64,000 nucleotides of DNA from Takakia lepidozioides. Its lineage: Eukaryota; Plantae; Bryophyta. A model generated the notes under the pieces. That model was not told the DNA's origin and made no database searches. It saw only the letters and a list, made by a program, of their open reading frames with translations. Below are positions 23,309 through 36,700 of the stretch, in pieces (the stretch's first letter is position 1; each line of letters opens with the position of its first letter). The DNA lies in the NCBI GenBank assembly GCA_030704615.1, contig CM060732.1:372001-436000 (forward strand). Direction: 5' to 3'. Made by a program: the position numbers and the translations under genes.

Positions 23309-25510
23309 CCTGGATTGGGCACTTCCGTGGTGCTTGCAACACGAGCTTGGAGCATTCTTGCGGACTTCACTTTGCCGAAGTGTTCAGCAGTTGGAGGGAA
23401 ACGCCAAACCAGCTTTCCATCTCGTTTGGTTGGCCACAAATGAGGATTTGCCGGGGGGACCCGAGAGGACGCAGAAGTAGAAACACATGTATGCAGTAGG
23501 GGTTGTCTCGCAAGGGAAAAGTCTGCCTCCTCCAGCATTGCAATCTCCTGACTTGTGAGATGTGTTCCCACCTTGACGGGCCAAACGGTTGGAGGAGCTG
23601 GCTTCATCACCACGGAAGGACGCACAGTTCCATGCACACATCTACCACAATCGTCTGCACAGAACCAGAACTTGTGGTTCTTTGCTTCTGGTTGGCCGTA
23701 TGGACGCATCAAACCTGTGAAAGTCGGAGCAGGAGTCCGGGCACCGCCTCTGGATATAGATGAAGTGCACTTCTCGAAATTAGTTGCCCTGATCGCTGTA
23801 CATTTCACACGAGACCGTGCACTTGTGCGTTCTATGTGCCAAACGTGGTCGGGGCATGCGGACTCCAGCACATCAAGGGGGTAGTTTCTCTCCTGCACCA
23901 TTTCAGTGGCATTGTTAGATGCTGGAGCCTGCCGTTGAGTCGGAGGTTCCTCCAGAATGGAGGTTCCGGACATGGATCTGCCATGCAGGGGAACACGAGG
24001 CTTCGAGAAGTTATCACGGTCTGCCCTGTGCGAATCGGAATCCGAACCAGGTGGGGTGTTCAATTTCCTCTTACATGAGCCGAATCTCTCATCCCCTTCA
24101 AGATGTGGAACTCTATAAACAAGTGGCATTCCCTGGGCATACATGCTCACCGCCCGTGCTATCTTGCTTGGATCCCTAGATCTGTTTGCAGCACGCAACA
24201 TCAACTCCTGTTTGTCCGGACCCTTGCCACCAGCCCCTCCTCGCAAGAAATCACGGTATCTCGTTTGTTGTTGCTAGGCACGTATCAGATCATCTGTTGT
24301 TGCCACATACAGATCCCGACCTCGTTTCCCAGACTGTTGCAACCATTGTGCACAGTCTCTGCCAAATTGCAAGATGGCATGTCCGCCATTTCCTCAATGG
24401 ACATGTTCTGCAAAGAGCAGAACCACACTTCAGAACAGTGCACAGGGAACAACATAAAGAAAGCAAGGAGAGCAAAATTTGGAAAGTAAATGTATGAATA
24501 AAGCTAGCAATACAAGCCTCACACCATTGTCATGGCTGCTCCCCACTGTCTGTACCAGAAGTGCCAAAACGCCAGCCAATCTTCCAATGCTCTCATACTC
24601 TCAATCGATGCTCCAGAAGAGAACCACCAAGCATGAATTGTCTGGAACAAAGTGTCCGCCTCCTTCATTGTTCTAGCATCTTTATACTCTTTGCACAATT
24701 TACGGTGTTGTGTCTGCATCTCTGGTTTGATGTCCGATTTTGTATGTTTCTCCAAATTGTGTCCATGGAATAGACATGTACGCTCTCTTCCCGCATTGGC
24801 ACTTTTGGTCGCCTTATCCGAAGACAATTCGAACTGCATTGAATTCGCCTGAGCACTATCCGCCATAAAACCAGCGAAATTTGGAGATGGCACCCCATGG
24901 CAGCCCATAACACGTACAAGGGAATTCCACATGAGCTTCTGGGATTCCGTATCCTCGGATTGCATGTCACAAACTGCAATTGTCATAACTCGTTGGTACA
25001 CTGGATCGTACACATGACAAGCCATTGTCGTCCAATCTTTCACTTGTTTCACATGATCAAACATAAGAAAACAATTTTGCAGGTCCCCAGTCTTCTGCAT
25101 CCGCTTCACGAGGCTAACCCCACTACTCTCCCCAGCAGTCGACATTTTGAAAAGAAAAACTTTGATGACACCTTGACCTGAAAAAACATTGCCTAGATGT
25201 AGTCGTACATGCTCAGTCGTTTCAATTCCAAAATGTTGTATATGTAGCCTCTGATCCCAAAGCCCATTCTCAATGCATTGATCTGATGCCAAATGTTAGG
25301 TGAACTCAACGTGGAGAAATGATCCATGACAACGTCGAGTGCTGCACCGTCAGTTAGTCCCCACAGAATCCCCTTCACTCAAAATATGGCTTCCAAGAAG
25401 GACTTGCTTGCGCCAAGAGCAATTGCGGATGTTGTTGCGAATGGGTTTATCTTGTACTCCTGTTTATTGGTACAGTATGATCAGGAGGTCTACCTTGGTA
25501 GGTGCCAGCA
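23309..25510 (-). pseudogene. MULE transposase E (DDE core and pre-SWIM region)
   Basis: LFKMS...MFDHVKQVKDWTTMACHVYD...GFMADSAQAN...ERTCLFH (24519-25292); APTFTG...FWFC (23290-24246). Confidence 0.85.
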
Positions 25511-25514
25511 TTAA

Positions 25515-26985
25515 TAAGCGAGAAACATATAGTTTGAGATTGGCACGAAGTATCATTATGCCAGCTACTACACAAAAAGTGCAACAAGAGAACGCTGCAT
25601 CAAACAGCAAGAAGAGGCTTTGTGGCGATAGAAGTACCCAAGAAGAATCTGGAAAAGTCTTCGCTCAAATTCTATCAAGGACTGAGGTAGATTCGATGTT
25701 GCATGTGCCTACTTTTACTCACGTAGGTGCAAAAATGGCAAATCAATATCTGAATGAAATCGGCAAACAGGTTGGGCCCAGTGAGATTTTGGAGCCCTGT
25801 GACAGAAATGGGATCACCCAAGCAGGTTACAGTGCAATTTACAAGAAATTTAAAGGTGGTGTAAAAGTTGCCTCCAAAGGGATGAGAGTAGGATGTCTGC
25901 CCAATCCGCATCGAGTGTCGAAATTGCGCAAGGAATTGAACTCCAAGCTTCAGGATTTTGTAGGTGAATACTATCACTTGAACAACAACCTTGAAGTTCC
26001 TAAAAAGGTCAAACACGGTGAAAAAAATGAGGCTACTCGAGTGACACTATCCGAGCACAATTCTTTTTTTGCGGATGTGGAGCAGGTGCAACGTACCATG
26101 ATCGAACTGTATGAGATCATACTTGCCGGTAAGTTTTCTACATCGTGCACCTATCTTTAATTTCATATATTCTTAGTATTGATTGCTTCATTTTGATTTT
26201 ACAAAATTGAAGGGGAGCCCTCTACAGTTTGTCTTGAAGCTTGATGAGGCAGAGATCATTCATGCCCAAAAGCTAGAAAGAGTGAGTATTACCCTCATGA
26301 ACCGTGCATTAGACCCATCCATCACTCCGGACAGTGAAAAGTTTTTCAGTGTGCAAAGCGAGAGAGAGATTTGGCCTATAGCTTGTTTTCAAGTGGCAAA
26401 GGAGAACACAGAGGTTCTGAACTGGGTGTTCCAACAAACCAAACTCCCTTTGCTAATTCAAGCCCAAGAAAATGGGCAACTTCTTCACGTCCCAGGTTTT
26501 GGTGATTACAAGGTAGAGTGGCACATGGCAGCCGACATGAAGACAATAAAAGCCATGTTCGGTTTGAAGGGAGGTGCAAATAGTTTGCATTCCTGCAGGA
26601 GAGAGTCAAGTCTGTAGAGGGATCCATGAAGGACGCCGCTGCTGCTATTAGTAAGCGTTCCCATACATGGAATGGAGGCTTATTTGCCCAAAACATTACT
26701 GCTAAACTTGTGAGTGGGAGTCAGGGAAAAGGTCGTTGGAAACCAGTGTTGCCCATCCCCATTGAAAGAGTGCATATTTGCACTTTACACGCCATGAATA
26801 GGATCATTGAGAAAATGGTCCACCTCCATTTCATGTTCGTCTGGACCATTCGCGATAAGAAATTACAAGAGTTAGCTATCGCTGACATGGAAAAAGTGTT
26901 GTCCAACACTGGTGCACACGGTGGTTTGGTTAAGATCATGAAAGATGATCAATTGTCTGGCAAATTGAGTAATATCCCCAATTGA
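25515..26985 (+). pseudogene. Intron-containing DDE transposase-like fragment of a different type (RAG1/Transib-like motifs)
   Basis: FVLKLDEA...SVQSE...WHMAADMK...HICTLHAMNRIIE across ORFs 25339-26160, 26183-26617 and 26626-26985; GTAAG donor at ~26129. Confidence 0.45.
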
Positions 26986-27029
26986 GTAATATCCCCAAAT
27001 TGATGGAACCAAGCCTAGGTCCTGCAGGT

Positions 27030-27480
27030 GAGGGACGCATGGGTCTTACCTGGCCTAGGTCTTACATGTAAACACAAGCTACCTACAGACCTAACTATAC
27101 CTGCAACATTAGTACCTCATCAACAAATTCTGGCTTTTGGTCTGTGTCAGAGCAGTCAAGCGTTCTTGGCAGCTTTAGCCTCAGCTCGAGCTTCTTCAGC
27201 AATAGCCTACAGGCAGCTCCCTCATGTTGTCATGTTGTCATGCAGCTCCCTCACTGAGGACAGCACCAAGACCACCAAGAGTGAGTATCTCCAGCTTCTG
27301 TGGATCCACCAAGCCAAGCCTCCAGAAGTGCATGCGTTTGGTACACATCACCATCATACTTTGGTGGATTGTAGCCAGAAGGCCTAGTGCAACTAGGCTC
27401 CAAGACAATACAAAACAAAGAAATAGCTCAACTAGTTGTTTGTCATCATCTCCATCAGACCACAACCAATGTAGGAATAC
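27030..27480 (-). pseudogene. Possible retrotransposon gag N-terminal fragment
   Basis: The minus strand reads PSGYNPPKYDGD...LLEAWL near 27310-27385, a gag-like PxxF/YxG motif. Confidence 0.3.
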
Positions 27481-28254
27481 CTGGGAACAATGGTGTACCT
27501 CGAATCAAGTCATACAAAGTAGAAACTGTAATATCAGGCACCTTGAACGAATTCACAACTAGGGTTTGTCCGACAAGTATGTGGTTGGAGTTGAGGGTGT
27601 TAAGGTAAACCTCACCCAGTTTCTGGGCTTGCAGTTTAGAGTTAGGCTTGCTTACAGTTCTGGGCTTGCAAAGAAAGGCTTCATCTCCTTATAAGGTGCA
27701 GGTTGCTACCTCCAGCCCTCGCCCAAATCAGGGCTACAAGTGAGAGTTGCACCACAGTATAACATCGACAGTGTGCGCCAGAAAGGGCCCGTAACTGCTA
27801 GTGCCCACGCTGAAGCACCAATTAGAAGAAAAGAAGCCTAAAATTTGAGAGGCAAAAGATCGATAAGCACGTCTCCCTAACCTGCTCTCCTACGAAGCAC
27901 CACTCTCCCGAGCATCACCGCTGTGCATTGAACACTGGAATGTTTTGCTGTTACCTGGTTCAGTTTCTTTGAAATGGGAACACAATACCAGCTGTGCTTG
28001 GGGTTGAGCCTAACTAGTCTGAACCTGAAGCTGCAATCGTTGCCGCTTCTTGTATAGTGCTTTTTGTACAGTACATATAAACATACCCAGACCAAGACCA
28101 AATGCCCAAAGATATCGTTGCCCAAAGAATTCTCCAAGTCCTCGTTTGTTGAGTCCTTCATGTCATCCATGCTCGCATGTTCCATCTCCTCATCGCTCGA
28201 AAGCTTCATCTTGCCTGGACTTGCTGTTCAGGGGGCGGGCGGTCGTCGCTGCCA

Positions 28255-28470
28255 GTGGCGGATGCAGACTTACCTGGCGGATGGAAATTCGGCTCCCAAT
28301 TTCCATCCATCCGCTCTCCAAATTACCTGCATGACGGAAAAACGGCGCTCCGACTTACCTAGCGGACGGAAATTCGGCGCCGGATTTCCATCCATCCGCT
28401 CTCCAAATTACCTGCATGACGGAAATTCGGCGCTCCGACTAACCAGGCGGATAGGAATTCGGCGCCGAGG
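28255..28470. repeat. Short family-A palindrome array upstream of the ParB-like gene
   Basis: gacttacctggcggatggaaattcggc...atttccatccatccgctctccaaattacctgcatgac, the same unit as at 5600-5760. Confidence 0.8.
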
Positions 28471-29649
28471 GCTTCGTTGCGTCATACTTCATTCGACATT
28501 TAATTGCGTAGTTGGGCATTAAATGTCCTCCGCCGTCGTTTTTGATTCGTGATGGCGACACAGGGATTCCGCGCTTGCTTCCTCGATACGTCTTGGAAAC
28601 CTGATGCTAAACTTGGATGAAGTTCTATTCGAGGCATGTACGCAAAAATACTGAGATCTTTTTTCTTTTGCTGGGACTTATGCCGCGTGAAGGGCGTGGC
28701 TCTCCTGAGAGAGACCCCACATCCAGACCGCAGCGGAAGTTGAAGGCTTTGTACTACGGGCGACGGCCAAACTTAAGCTCCAGCAGGAGATTCCAGTGTC
28801 TTGATCACAACCCGCGCCAACTGAAGCCGAGTACTCCCAGGCAAGCCACTTCCGCTTTCGCTTTGTTGTTTACTTTATTTTTCGCATCTTCAGCCTGGCA
28901 TCGCTGGAAGCGTATGGTTGCATTGCAAAAGCATGAGCTGTTGAGAAGAATGATCAAGGTCAGAGTGGTTAAAAATTAAGGAAATCCATGCTGAGCTAAG
29001 AAGATTGTCTGAGCAGATGAAGTGCCTTCAAAACATTTCACCTTGTTTTCCCGTCTTATGGAATTCGTGTTCATTTGTTCATCGTGTTTCATGTTACCGG
29101 TTGAGTGAACCTTAGATAGTTTGCAATGCGTGTGCAAAGCCGGCAGCTCTTGAGAAGGCTGCTTGTGCATGTCATTCTTAGGCATTGGTTGGATTTGTTT
29201 TCATTGTTGTTCCATGATTGCTGCGATGGTGGTTGCGCTGCTCGTTGCGATGGTGGTTTTCATTCCAATGTTGGTTCTCACGATTTTTGGGAATGACAGA
29301 GTGACGACGAGCCCGGCACGCTGGTGGTATCATCGACAGCTCCAACTCATCGCACGTTTGGATCGCCCAACTTGGGGCGGGAGGGCAAACTAAAACCTTT
29401 TGTTGGTGGACGGAGGACGTGCAGCGAGAGTACGACAGAATAGGCATTGGGGAGGTTGGTGCAGGCGGCATGGCAAGTGAAGGGCGTGAGGTCGTGAGGA
29501 CAGCAGATCCGGCAATGGAGGTTGTCGATGCACATGCAGTAGGGCCCGCCCACGCAAAGAAGAAGAAAAAAGCCAAGCACATGTAATCCTCGGCGAGAGA
29601 GCCGTCACGGGCTGCGGAGGGGGGAGTGAGCAGTGCGCGCGAGGGTGTC

Positions 29650-30486
29650 AGTTCTCCTCAATCAAAGGTGGTCGTCCTGGAGGGCTCCCCTGCTGCTAGC
29701 CCTAGTAAGAAACAGAAAGCCCGTGAAAGGGCAAAATAGAGGGCAAAAAACAGGCGAGACAGAAGGCTAGCCAGGAAAGAGAAAAGGCCACTGAAGGCCC
29801 GGGGTGCCGAAATGACAGATGCCCATGTAAGCAAGGGACGCACAGAGACGGTGGATCCCTCCAAGACACCACAAAGAGGCAGTAACACGCCGGTTACACC
29901 ATCGCGGACAAGAGCAGCCCCCGCAATTACCCATATGGTGGAGAGTGGAAGAGAGGAAAGAACACCACAAAGAGCACGGATTGTGCAAGTTCGAGGTGAA
30001 GCCGGGGAGAGGGCAGTAGAGACGGGGAGAGTGCTCAAGGTGGTTTTGCCGGTGGTTGACCATGTTGAGGACGACACCAAGCTTTCTGACCAGGATGACA
30101 TCCTCCCGGACATCCCCAGGCCCCAAACCCGCAGCATACAGGCTGGATTTGGCGGTCCCGGTGGGCTGCCGGAGAACCCCTCTGCAGCAAACGTCATGTC
30201 GGAGGCGGATATGAAATTGGCCGCTGCCAAGATGTTGGAGGCAACCCACATCAACATTGGCAGGGTGCTGGGGGGCATGGTGTACCCGGCCAAGCTTCGA
30301 ATTCCCCTTTGCCGCTTGGTGTCATTGCAGGTGGTGAGACCTGCCCTCCCAGGCGATATCGACAAGCTGAAATTCTCTTTCCGGGATGGATATCGAATGG
30401 GGGTCTGCCGCGTTTTACGTTTCCATTGAGAACGACCACGGAGCTTCCCGTGCCCACACTTCCGATGAGGTGGACAAATGGGGTTC
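29650..30486 (+). pseudogene. Cargo gene 5' part (low-complexity N-terminus + ParB/Srx-like region), interrupted by an LTR
   Basis: VYPAKLRIPLCRLVSLQVVRPALPGDIDKLKFSFRDGYRMG(fs)AAFYVSIENDHG...VDKWG; clearly homologous to the C cargo. Confidence 0.6.
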
Positions 30487-31437
30487 TGTTAGAGGACTGC
30501 CAGGGACTTAGGCACTTTTATGAGTTCTGTGGAGTCTGGGACTTAGACATTTTTATGGGTTCTAAAGGGTACCCTTATTTTTTACATAGACCAGTCACAA
30601 CCCGTCACAGTCACACAGCCAGTCACAGCTTAACACAGCCGACACAGCCCGACACAGTCGCACAGCCAGTCACAGCTCGACACAGCCCGACACAGCCCGA
30701 CAGTCCACATCCGCACACAGTCCGCCCACACCGCCACAAGCTTCATAGCCCGACACAGCCAGTCACAGCTCGGCACAACTGGGGAACAGTTACCATTGGC
30801 AGGGAATGACTGTGGGGGAACGACATCTGAAAAAGGAACGTATACTACAGAGATAACGGTTAGTTAGGAAAGCGGTTAGAACGGCTAGTAAAGAGATAAA
30901 GCGGGAAGTGGGGACATCAGGGGGGATCACTTCTGGGGGAAGAGGATCACTTCTGGAAGGACTTCGGGGGGGGGGATCACAACTTGGAAAGGAAGCGGAT
31001 AGTGCATCTCTGAGCAGAAAGAGGGAGAGCACGGAGTAGGAGGAGAACGATCTGTTGATACTTGCTGAATGCAAGAAGTAGAGTTGTAATGTAGAGCAGA
31101 ATAGAGACACCATGGCTTCAACTTGATACTTGATAGATATTAATCTGATACATACTTCATACTCACACTGTGTAGAGAGACCTGAGTGAAGCTGTGGAAT
31201 GAATGGATGGAACTTAATAGATTTCTGAAGCAAACTGATACTTAATTACAGATAGTAAGGTAACTCGCTAACATGAATGCGGGAAGGAGTACAAATAGGA
31301 AACACCCCCATGATGCACTAGCTGTAGGTCATGACTGATTGTTCTGAGCGGGCTGAGTGCTTAGAGATTTCCAACTCTTCTATCTTGGAGTTCCTACCTC
31401 GGATAGCGAAGGGATGGTGAGTAAAAGCCGCGCGACA
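30487..31437 (+). repeat. 5' LTR, Ty3 family 1
   Basis: TGTTAGAGG...CGCGACA; similar to 51576-52679 and 60861-61857; followed by a primer-binding site. Confidence 0.92.
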
Positions 31438-31439
31438 TT

Positions 31440-31457
31440 TGGCGACCATACTGGGGA
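31440..31457 (+). promoter_or_regulatory. Primer-binding site, tRNA-Arg-like
   Basis: TGGCGACCATACTGGGGA 2 nt after the LTR; resembles the Tat/Ogre-type site TGGCGACTCCACTGGGGA. Confidence 0.7.
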
Positions 31458-32900
31458 ACTGGGTCATGAACAACCAGATGTGACAGGCATCTGGTGGGAT
31501 CATGGTGGTTGGAGAATTAAAGAATTTGATGTGAATCAAATTCCCTGTGAAACTGAGAAGGAAAGATTGTCCAAACGATTCTTTCAGAGGTTCTTGGAAT
31601 TGCCAGACGGTTGTAAAGAAACATTCTTAAAAGAGTGCATGATGCTGACCCTGAATGGGGTCTGGAGAAAAGAGTGATAAGATTTATCAGGTGGCCTGTA
31701 GAGGAAGAGCACGTTGGTTACCAACACTGGTTTATGTGATAGCATTGCTATCCATTAAGCGAGTAGAGTTTGAAGGCTGGGAGGAAAGAAAGGTGAATGT
31801 TTATACTCATATGCATGAAGAGCTTGTACTGGTAAAGAATTGGATTCCAAAGGATATTTTGTGGATCAAACTCACACCCAAGAACAGCTTTCCAGACTTG
31901 TTTGCCATATGGTTATATGGTAACGGAGACTTCTAGTATAGCCAAGGGTGCATTGAAGCTTGAAAAAACCCAGGCATATACGAGAGATATTACAAAAGAG
32001 AGTTTTGGTTATTGCCACATTAAAAGAAATGAAAGACATGGGACATGAGTGATGAAAGAGAAGCTAGACGCCAGAGATATTCAGCAAAAAGAGAAAGCTA
32101 TCTGAAAGCTAATTATCCATATCTTTGGGAGAGAGGAATAGACATAGGGAATCATCTGGACCTCTCACACCATTAAGATCAGAGAGTACATCACCCATAC
32201 CGGAAGAACTAGAGTTGGATGCCACTCCTTCTTTTTCTTTGCAAGAAAGATTAAGGAATTGGTACGGGAAAGATCAATCACGAGGTGAAAGATCTGAGGT
32301 ACATCCCTGGATAAAAGATTTGACATAAATCTTTGATAAGAGTTGGCATGGAACACCAAAAGCATGAACTCCAGTTTCTAAAGCGGAAGGTGAAGAAGGA
32401 GGAGAGGATGTGGCAGAGCCAACGGAGAGTTCAGACTCTCCAACACCATTGCAGTTGAGTTACATGAGTGAAGAAGAAACCCAAGGGCAGAACTTGGAGG
32501 ATGAAAATAGAGAGAAGAAATTGGAAGAGGAAGAGTATGAAGAAGTAGACCCAACAGCTGAGGTTGAGACTACAACCAGGACATCCCAACCCGTTGGACC
32601 TGGATCAAGTGGAGCACTTGGATCACAGGCCAACGAAGGTGTCGGCTCAGGGGATCAGGCGGGTTGCCTAGATCTGGCTATGGGGGGACAGGGAGTGTGG
32701 GAAGTAGTGCAACTGGAGCTGGGAATACTGTGAATATCGTGGGGCCAGTAGTAGGGAGTGCTCAAGGGCCACCACTTGATGGAAGATCCACCACAACAAC
32801 AACAGGTCCTGAAGGACCAGCACCAGCAAGGGTGCCAGCACCTGTCAGTGGGCAAGGTAGGGCTATAGATGGCGTTACAACCAACACGGGCAAAACCACC
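31458..32900 (+). pseudogene. Degenerate coding region upstream of, or N-terminal to, gag in family 1
   Basis: Consecutive + strand ORFs 31357-31677, 31655-31936, 32125-32328 and 32410-32733. Confidence 0.45.
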
Positions 32901-33752
32901 TTTTCCAATATATTCAGGAAAAGGGGATCCCGATGTACACATTAGCCAATTTGAGCACATGTGTATAGTGAACAATGAGAAATGGCGATGATGCCAAGAT
33001 GAGATTGTTTCCTTGTTCACTTATCAAGAAAGCAAGTGAATGGTATGCAAGATTCCCTGATAATCATTTCCTAACCTGGAATGGCTTGAATACAACATTC
33101 CGAAATAGGTTCAGGACAAGTAAAACTGGGGATGAAGTGTATGGAAGTTTACAACAGTTAAAGCAAAAGAAGCATGAAACTGTTGAGGAGTATATGGAAA
33201 AAATGGAATTGATGATGAAAAGCTGGCTGCTGTACAAGCACCAGGTTTACAGAAGACTTGGTTTGTGAGTGGACTAAGACCAGAGTTGCAAAAGAAAGTG
33301 GATATGTTACCCCATAATACAGTGGAGGAGGCATTTGAAACAGCGAACAAAATTGAGCAATTGGGAATGCTCAGGAGGGAAAAAAGGGATGATGAGGACT
33401 ATGAGGATGAGTCAGATGAGGAAGAAGAGCAAGAGCTGAAAAGGAAGAGTAAGATGAAGGAAAAGTTGAAGAGGGATAACTATGAGAAAACATTAGAAGA
33501 AATCTTGAAGAAGTATGCCACAGAGGCTGCAACACATTGGAGGAAGGGTGTTTGGTGTGCAAAGTGCCAGAATGAAGGCCATACCACCACTGAATGCCAC
33601 ATGAAGGAGAAACATTGTACTATCTGTAAAATGGATACCATCCTACTAGAGATTGTTACTACAACAGAAGGACAGCTACAAGAGAACCTAGGCAAGTAAG
33701 GGTGCATCAAGTGCAGCCCCAGCCAAGAAGAAACAATGATCAGGACCACTAT
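32880..33752 (+). pseudogene. gag: Ty3 gag (retrotransposon gag domain + CCHC knuckle), frameshifted
   Basis: LFPCSLIKKASEWY...TWNGLNTTFRNRF...LKQKKHETVEEY; SGLRPEL; CAKCQNEGHTTTEC. Confidence 0.88.
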
Positions 33753-35345
33753 TGTCACGCACCTCCCTTTGGTAAGCTCCCCTTCACGTCATAGTTACTC
33801 GCTTTGATGCCCGCGCCTGACTCCCAACCTGGCCGCCGGGCCAACTTGGAGCTTCGGCTGCTCACCGGGACATAACGGTCCCCCTTCGCTCCCCACTAAA
33901 CCCTCCACCTATTTGGGACTAGGAGAATCCCCTTTGGTAGATGGCAGTCCGGAACAGCTCCCCACTCTTTGGTCGCTTTCCGGCTCGCTCGCTTACTCAC
34001 TAGTTTTTGGTCACCAACGGGCTTGCACCGTTCTCGGGGTTACTACTCCCTATATATACTTCTGTAGCTGTCCGCGGGGTTTCACAACCAGCCATGCCAT
34101 TTTATGGCGAACCACCACGAAAACCCTCGACTCCTGGTGATGAGTCGCGGTGAGTCTTGGCCCGCTCACCACGGCCCCTATGGACCGTGATGAGTCCCAA
34201 GACTCCCCACGACTCCCACCACGAGGTCTCCGCCCCCATGGTGAGTCCATGCCACCCCCACTAAGTCCCGCTAAGCTACCACCACCCCTTGTGGAGCCAC
34301 CCCCACCGCAACCCGGTGTGCGGGGCTCCACCTAGTGAGCGCCTCCGCCTCCTTGAGTGCCTTGGGCACTCAAGGGTGCTTCAGCCCCCCATACCTATCG
34401 CTGCCACTGCCCCCACCACAGGGGCAGCCCCTCATGTGTCCCGACCCCCTGCCCTCAAGGCAAAGGGCCGCGACACACACCCCTACCAACAGGGAGTCGA
34501 TGTCCTCATCGACTTGTCCATTTTGTGAAACGAACATCCAAGTTGTGGCGTCCCACATCAAGGAGTTTGTTTCCGTACCATGGCGTCCCATGGCAAAGAA
34601 CCAAACCCCACACTTGACTCTACTCTCCACTAGCTAGTTCGGCCAACTTCCTCCAAGTCCCGGCCAAGGGTGGAGCCTCTCCAGCTCCTCCCAGTGCACT
34701 CTTCTTGGCCTACTTCAAGGCCAAGGAACGATCCTCCCCCGGATCGAATCGCCTTACTGCAACAACATTGTTTGCGATCGCTCATGATGCCGTTTTTGGC
34801 ATCACCTTGAGCAAGGGTTCACCTGGAACCCTCTTTGACTAGGAAGATAACCTTGAACCAACCGTGCGCCCCAATCACTACAATTGGGTCCGCCTTGGAA
34901 TGCTGGCCTGAGGTACGGGAACACGCCGAAGCCGCACTACGACTTCGTCCCGAGGCTACACGATTATAGTACGTGAATGGAAGCACGTAGCTTCCGCGTT
35001 AGCCCGCACTACAAGGCAACCCCCTCGGTAGCGCGGTTATAGTACGCGCACGCGCCAGGTGCGCACTAGCACGTGAACTCCCAAAGAAGGCGCAAGTTTC
35101 CTTGCCCCTTGGATGGGGGTCACCCGATTTTGGCACTACGCAAACACACGATTAACCCAATTTACCTCTCCCACTTTTATAAGCTAGCATGCATTCTACA
35201 CACTAGCCAACCATACCATGCATCACCATTCCAAACAAAATAGGATGCACAACATTTGGAACCCATTTCTTTTATAACAAATTTTTGTACAATACAAGTT
35301 TTTGTAATCGGATTCCTAAGCTAGCTAAGCCGGGCTAAGCATGCA
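33753..35345 (-). repeat. 3' LTR of the chromovirus
   Basis: Starts after the purine tract GGAGGTGGGGGAGGAAA (35346-35362, minus strand) and ends ...GCGTGACA at 33753; single copy in the window. Confidence 0.7.
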
Positions 35346-35378
35346 TTTCCTCCCCCACCTCCAAGGTTGATGTCCCCA

Positions 35379-36700
35379 TCAACGCTTCTTCCGCTTTTGA
35401 GGTCGCCCTTCGAAAGCTGCAACCGCCTCGGATGCGTTTCCCATTTCTGAGGCACGCACCCAAGATGCCTCCACGTGATGATAGCCCTTCCATTTGACGA
35501 GATACTCCGTTTCTCCGTTCCTGAACCTCCTCGATTTAAGTATTGCCTCCACCTCGTACTCATGTTCATTTTCATGATCCAACATCATAGGTGGCGGCAA
35601 CACTTGATGCCGATTCGGACGCGCTTCATCTTTGAAGTAAGGCTTCAAAAGGGAGACATGGAATACTGGGTGCACCTTGCTATTTGCCGGCAGCTCCAAT
35701 TCACACATCCTCATTCATAACCTTCCGAATGCGACAGGGTCCCGCATACGGAGGTACGAACTTCGGACTCACTTCCGGAGGTAGTCGGAAATTCTTGATG
35801 TTCAACCAGACCTCTGTGCCTGCCTCAAACTTCACTTCCCTCCGCTTCCGATTCGCCTGCCTTTCATACTGTTTCCTAGCTTTGGCAATATTGTACTTTG
35901 CGAGCTTCAACAAACGCTCGCGTTCTTCCAGTACCGCCGCTACTGTCGGTTCCTCAACGTCCTGGGCGGCCCAACTTGTCGGCACCAGAGGTGCTTTTCC
36001 ATAGACCAATACGAAAGGGGAAACTCCCGTTGCGGAGTGTTCTGTGTTATTATAACAGAACTCTACCGCGTCTAAGTGTTCCATCCAGTCTGATTGGTCT
36101 GCCGACACGTAATTCCGCAAGAATTGCTTCACTACAGAATTCACTCTTCCCGTTTGGCCGTCCGTCGTAGGTCGGAAGGCGGTGCTCATCTTAAGCCTCG
36201 TCCCCATCTTCTTCCAAAGTGTCCTCCAAAATTTACTCGTAAACTTTGGATCGCGGTCCGAGACAATATCCTTCGGGACTCCATGATGCTTTAAGACGTG
36301 GGCGAAATAAAGTCGCCCTGTCTCCTGCGCCGTTGCCGTCTCCTTGGTGGGGATGAAATGGCCCATTTACTGAACCTATCCACCACCACCATGATTGCAT
36401 CGAATCCTTTTGACAGCGGCATAGCAGTCATGAAATCCATCGAGACGCTTTCCAAAGTCCCCTCCGGAATCGGCAAAGGTTGTAACAGCCCCGCTTGCTT
36501 TTTGTACTCACTCCGGTTTTGTTGGCATGTGGTGCATGTCTTGACATACTCCTCTGCCTCCTCCTCAGTTTGGGCCAGAAATACTCTTTCTTCAAGAGTG
36601 CCGCAGTGCGCTTGGCTCCGGCGTGGCCCGCAAGCGGGCTATCATGGCATTCTCTCAAGAAGCTATCTCTGATCCCTCCCTTCGGCACGTAGAGACGCTT
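35379..36700 (-). pseudogene. Integrase with C-terminal chromodomain
   Basis: CHDSPLAGH; SMDFM; IVSDRDPKF; TDGQT; HPVFHVSLLKP; YEVEAIL...YLVKWKGY. Confidence 0.92.
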
